Below are positions 60,352-64,000 of a DNA stretch of 64,000 nt, piece after piece; positions within the stretch are counted from its first letter, which is position 1; every line of letters starts with the position of its first letter. The notes beneath the pieces are model-generated. The model made no database searches. It had not been told where the DNA came from and saw nothing but the letters and a program-made list of their open reading frames with translations. The stretch spans positions 576,001 to 640,000 of the forward strand of contig OY969767.1 of NCBI GenBank assembly GCA_963702895.1. Direction: 5' to 3'. Source of the DNA: an uncultured Elusimicrobia bacterium. Lineage in GTDB: Bacteria > Elusimicrobiota > Elusimicrobia > 2-01-FULL-59-12. The position numbers were made by a program, and so were the translations under genes.

Positions 60352-61806
60352 ATGTTTGAGCAAGCCTTCAAAAATATTGATGCAATCCTCCGGAAAGAGT
60401 CGGGTTGCACTACCGAGCTGGACTATACCGAGCAGACGTCCTGGCTCCTATTCTTGAAATACCTCGACGCCTTGGAGCAGGACAAAGCGGACGAAGCAAA
60501 GCTTGAGGGAAAGAAGTACTCCTTCATTCTGGACACACCTTACCGTTGGGAAAGCTGGGCCGCTCCCAAAGGCAAAGACGGCAAACTCGACCACAACGCC
60601 GCCATGACGGGCGACGATCTGCGGGACTTCGTCAACGGGAAGCTCTTTCCTTACCTTCACAAATTCAAGCAGAAGGCCAGCGGCCCGAACACGATTGAAT
60701 ACAAGATCGGCGAAATCTTTGGCGAGATCAAGAACAAGATCGCCAGCGGCTACAATCTGCGTGAAGTCATCGAGCATATCGACGAGCTGCGCTTCCGTTC
60801 CCAGAACGAAAAGCATGAGCTTTCCCACCTCTACGAAGCCAAGATTAAGAACATGGGCAATGCTGGACGCAATGGCGGTGAGTACTACACCCCGCGCCCA
60901 CTCATTCGTGCCATTATTCAGGTGGTGCAGCCGAAGATCGGAGATCGAATCTATGACGGTGCGGTCGGTTCAGCAGGCTTCTTGTGCGAGGCGTTTGAAT
61001 ACCTGAAGGCGAAGAAGAATCTCACCACGAAGGACCTCGAAATCCTCCAGACAAAGACTTTCTACGGAAAGGAAAAAAAGTCCCTCGCCTACGTGATTGC
61101 GATCATGAACATGATCCTTCACGGGATCGAAGCCCCCAATATCATTCATACCAATACCCTGACGGAGAACCTCGCCGACATCCAGCAAAAGGACCGCTTC
61201 GATGTGGTCCTCGCCAATCCGCCCTTCGGCGGCCAGGAACGCGCGGAAGTGCAGCAGAACTTTCCCATCCGTACGGGGGAAACGGCGTTCCTCTTTCTTC
61301 AGCACTTCATCAAAATGCTGAAAGCGGGAGGGAACGGCGGCGTGGTCATCAAAAACACCTTTCTCTCCAACACGGATAACGCATCAGTGAGCCTGCGCAA
61401 GCTCCTATTGGAAAGCTGCAACCTGCACACCGTCCTCGACTGCCCTGCCGGCACATTCCAAGGCGCAGGCGTAAAAACGGTGGTGCTTTTCTTTGACAAA
61501 GGTGCGCCCACCAAAAAGACTTGGTTTTATCAGCTAGACCCTGGACGCAACCTCGGCAAGACAAACCCCCTAAATGATGACGACCTTGCGGAGTTCACCA
61601 AACTGCAGAACACCTTTGCCGACTCACCCAAAAGCTGGAGCATCGATGCCAAGACTATAGATCAGGCGACCTTCGATCTTTCAGTAAAGAATCCTGGAGG
61701 TGGCGAAGAAGTGAAGCACCAGAGTCCACAGGAAATCATCGAAGAAATTGTTGCGCTGGATGCCGAAAGCGCGAAAGTGCTGAGAAATATCAAATCACTG
61801 CTATGA
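60352..61806 (+). CDS. hsdM: Type I R-M methyltransferase subunit
   Basis: GEYYTPR, DGAVGSAGFL, NPPF. Confidence 0.96.
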   Translation: MFEQAFKNIDAILRKESGCTTELDYTEQTSWLLFLKYLDALEQDKADEAKLEGKKYSFILDTPYRWESWAAPKGKDGKLDHNAAMTGDDLRDFVNGKLFPYLHKFKQKASGPNTIEYKIGEIFGEIKNKIASGYNLREVIEHIDELRFRSQNEKHELSHLYEAKIKNMGNAGRNGGEYYTPRPLIRAIIQVVQPKIGDRIYDGAVGSAGFLCEAFEYLKAKKNLTTKDLEILQTKTFYGKEKKSLAYVIAIMNMILHGIEAPNIIHTNTLTENLADIQQKDRFDVVLANPPFGGQERAEVQQNFPIRTGETAFLFLQHFIKMLKAGGNGGVVIKNTFLSNTDNASVSLRKLLLESCNLHTVLDCPAGTFQGAGVKTVVLFFDKGAPTKKTWFYQLDPGRNLGKTNPLNDDDLAEFTKLQNTFADSPKSWSIDAKTIDQATFDLSVKNPGGGEEVKHQSPQEIIEEIVALDAESAKVLRNIKSLL

Positions 61807-63014
61807 CGAGTGGATGGGAAACGAAACGGCTGGACGACGTCTGTCAGTTCTCTAACGGTCTATGGAAAGGAAAGAAACCACCTTTCGTCAAGGTAGGCGT
61901 CATTCGCAATACAAACTTCACCAAAGAAGGAACGCTGGATGATTCAGATATCGCTTACCTCGACGTCGAGGCAAGAAAGTTGGAAAAGCGTCGCCTTCGA
62001 TACGGTGACATCATTCTCGAAAAGTCAGGCGGAGGCCCGAAACAACCGGTTGGTCGTGTAGCCCTTTTTGACAAAAAGGATGAGGACTTTTCGTTCAGCA
62101 ATTTTACAGCCGCGATCCGAGTCCTACATTCTCATGAATTGGACTTCCGCTTCCTACATAAGTTCTTATTTTGGACTTATCTCTCTGGTGTCACTGAGAA
62201 GATGCAGAGTCACTCCACAGGCATACGAAATCTCGACGGAGATGCCTACAAGGCCATCAGTATTAGTTTCCCATCGATATCCGAACAGAAACGCATCGTC
62301 AGTGTTCTCGACAAAGCATTTGACGGCATCGCCACTGCCAAAGCCAATGCCGAAAGAAATCTCCAAAACGCCCGAACCCTCTTTGAAAACCAGCTCGACT
62401 TAATATTTGCCAAGTGCGGTACGGGGTGGGTGAATAAGAAGCTTAGTGAACTGTCTGAGATTAACTATGGATATACCGAGTCTGCCTGCGCTGAACAACT
62501 AGGGCCAAAGTTTCTGCGAATTACGGACATTCAGGACAACCATGTAGACTGGAACACCGTGCCTTACTGTCCAATCGGTGCCTCCGAAGTTCCGAAATAC
62601 CGACTGGTTGATGGAGACATTGTCTTCGCGCGTACAGGTGCGACGACAGGCAAAAGTTATCTCATCGCTGAACCACCCGTTGCGGTATTCGCCTCGTATC
62701 TTATCCGAGTGAAACTTGCCTCTAAAGAGATCCTGCCGCCGTTCCTATATTTGTTTTTCCAGACGAAGTCGTATTGGGACAGCATCAGGTCAGGCTCGTC
62801 GGGCAGTGCGCAAGGTGGGTTCAATGCGACCAAGCTAGGGGAATTGGTTATACCGTATCCGAAGCTTGCGAAAGAACAGCAGATCATTATTGAGAAGCTC
62901 AATGAGCTTTCTGAAGTGACCGTACGCCTTGCTTCCCTCTATAGGAACAAGCTCGCTAATCTGGAAGAATTAAAGAAATCTCTGCTCCATCAAGCCTTTA
63001 GCGGAAACCTCTGA
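61803..63014 (+). CDS. hsdS: Type I R-M specificity subunit
   Basis: Two TRDs, P..EQKRIV, LKKSLLHQAFSGNL. Confidence 0.95.
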   Translation: MTSGWETKRLDDVCQFSNGLWKGKKPPFVKVGVIRNTNFTKEGTLDDSDIAYLDVEARKLEKRRLRYGDIILEKSGGGPKQPVGRVALFDKKDEDFSFSNFTAAIRVLHSHELDFRFLHKFLFWTYLSGVTEKMQSHSTGIRNLDGDAYKAISISFPSISEQKRIVSVLDKAFDGIATAKANAERNLQNARTLFENQLDLIFAKCGTGWVNKKLSELSEINYGYTESACAEQLGPKFLRITDIQDNHVDWNTVPYCPIGASEVPKYRLVDGDIVFARTGATTGKSYLIAEPPVAVFASYLIRVKLASKEILPPFLYLFFQTKSYWDSIRSGSSGSAQGGFNATKLGELVIPYPKLAKEQQIIIEKLNELSEVTVRLASLYRNKLANLEELKKSLLHQAFSGNL

Positions 63015-64000
63015 TGCCTTTGAACGAAGCTGAAACCCGAGCTGAACATATTGATCCCGCCCTAAAAGCGGCGGGCTGGGGCGTGGTGGACGGAAGCCGA
63101 ATCCGGCGCGAATATCCGATTACGCTTGGCCGCCTTGAAGGCCAGGGGAGACGTGGCAAGCCGCTTACTGCAGATTACGTCTTGGAATATCGCAACACAA
63201 AACTGGCAGTTAACGAGGCCAAGGCTTGGAATGAAGACCTGACTGAAGGTGTCGGGCAGGCTAAGAACTACGCTCAAAAGCTGGCGGTGCGGTTCGCGTT
63301 TTCGACCAATGGGCATGGCATCTACCGCATTGATATGCAGACTGGCAAGGAAGGTGAGATTGCTGCCTATCCCACACCTGAAGAGCTATGGAACCTTACC
63401 TATGCCAAGCCTGATTCTTGGCGGGACAGCTTTGCTACCGTCCCCTTCCAGGATAAGGGCGGATCGCACACCAGCCGCTACTATCAGGACATCGCTGTTG
63501 AACGGACGATGGAAGCGATTGCGGCGAATAAGCAAAGGATTCTCCTCACGTTGGCGACGGGAACAGGGAAGACATTCATCGCCTTCCAGATCGCTTGGAA
63601 GCTGTTTCACACCCGCTGGAATCTAGGCCACGAGCCATCTCGCCGACCGCGAATCTTGTTCTTGGCTGATCGTAATATCCTGGCAGATCAGGCATATAAC
63701 GCCTTCTCATCATTCCCAGAGGATGCAATGGTGCGAATCGCGCCAGACGACATTCGCCATAGAGGCCGCGTGCCGACAAACGGAAGTCTATTTTTCACGA
63801 TCTTTCAGACCTTTATGAGTGGGCTGGAGTACGATGGCAAGCCTACCCCCTATTTCGGTGATTACCCGCGGAATTTCTTCGATTTTATCGTCATTGACGA
63901 GTGTCACCGCGGAGGTGCGAACGACGAGAGTAATTGGCGAGGAATCCTGGAATACTTTTCGCCAGCTGTTCAATTGGGTCTCACCGCCACCCCCAAAAGG
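63014..64000 (+). CDS. hsdR: Type I R-M restriction subunit, EcoAI-like (partial)
   Basis: Manual translation NEAETRAEHIDPALKAAGW...ADY...EAK...ATGTGKT...DECHRGG...GLTATPK. Confidence 0.95.
   Translation, partial: MPLNEAETRAEHIDPALKAAGWGVVDGSRIRREYPITLGRLEGQGRRGKPLTADYVLEYRNTKLAVNEAKAWNEDLTEGVGQAKNYAQKLAVRFAFSTNGHGIYRIDMQTGKEGEIAAYPTPEELWNLTYAKPDSWRDSFATVPFQDKGGSHTSRYYQDIAVERTMEAIAANKQRILLTLATGTGKTFIAFQIAWKLFHTRWNLGHEPSRRPRILFLADRNILADQAYNAFSSFPEDAMVRIAPDDIRHRGRVPTNGSLFFTIFQTFMSGLEYDGKPTPYFGDYPRNFFDFIVIDECHRGGANDESNWRGILEYFSPAVQLGLTATPKR

Overview
Bacterial chromosomal window, almost entirely + strand. The 16S sequence and the EF-Tu switch I variant suggest Elusimicrobiota; this is recalled resemblance, not a database search. 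1-2.5 kb: a beta-CASP MBL ribonuclease (minus strand, partial) and a GT-C-like membrane protein. 2.5-8.5 kb: a complete rrn operon (16S, tRNA-Ile, tRNA-Ala, 23S, 5S) whose spacer carries a nonsense-disrupted GIY-YIG nuclease gene and a degenerate second tRNA-Ala-like copy. 8.5-48.4 kb: a predicted beta-barrel gene, then an uninterrupted housekeeping cluster (rplJL, rpoBC, str, S10, spc without rpmD, alpha, mreBCD, mrdA, rodA, rne/rng, rplU, rpmA, obgE, proB) with small palindromic repeats in the intergenic gaps. 48.4-64 kb: an accessory/defence island with YhcG/DUF1016, a PIN toxin plus small partner, an intact IS3-family element, an internally deleted hsdM remnant, a DUF3800 gene with an in-frame TAG, a UPF0158-domain protein, a 3x69-bp tandem repeat, YccF and a type I R-M system (hsdMSR). 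Best candidates for undescribed systems: (i) the DUF3800 gene paired with a convergent, separately promoted, highly structured ~98-nt ncRNA; (ii) four ~105-bp repeat elements that delimit gene cassettes, with one cassette duplicated and its junctions lying inside the elements.
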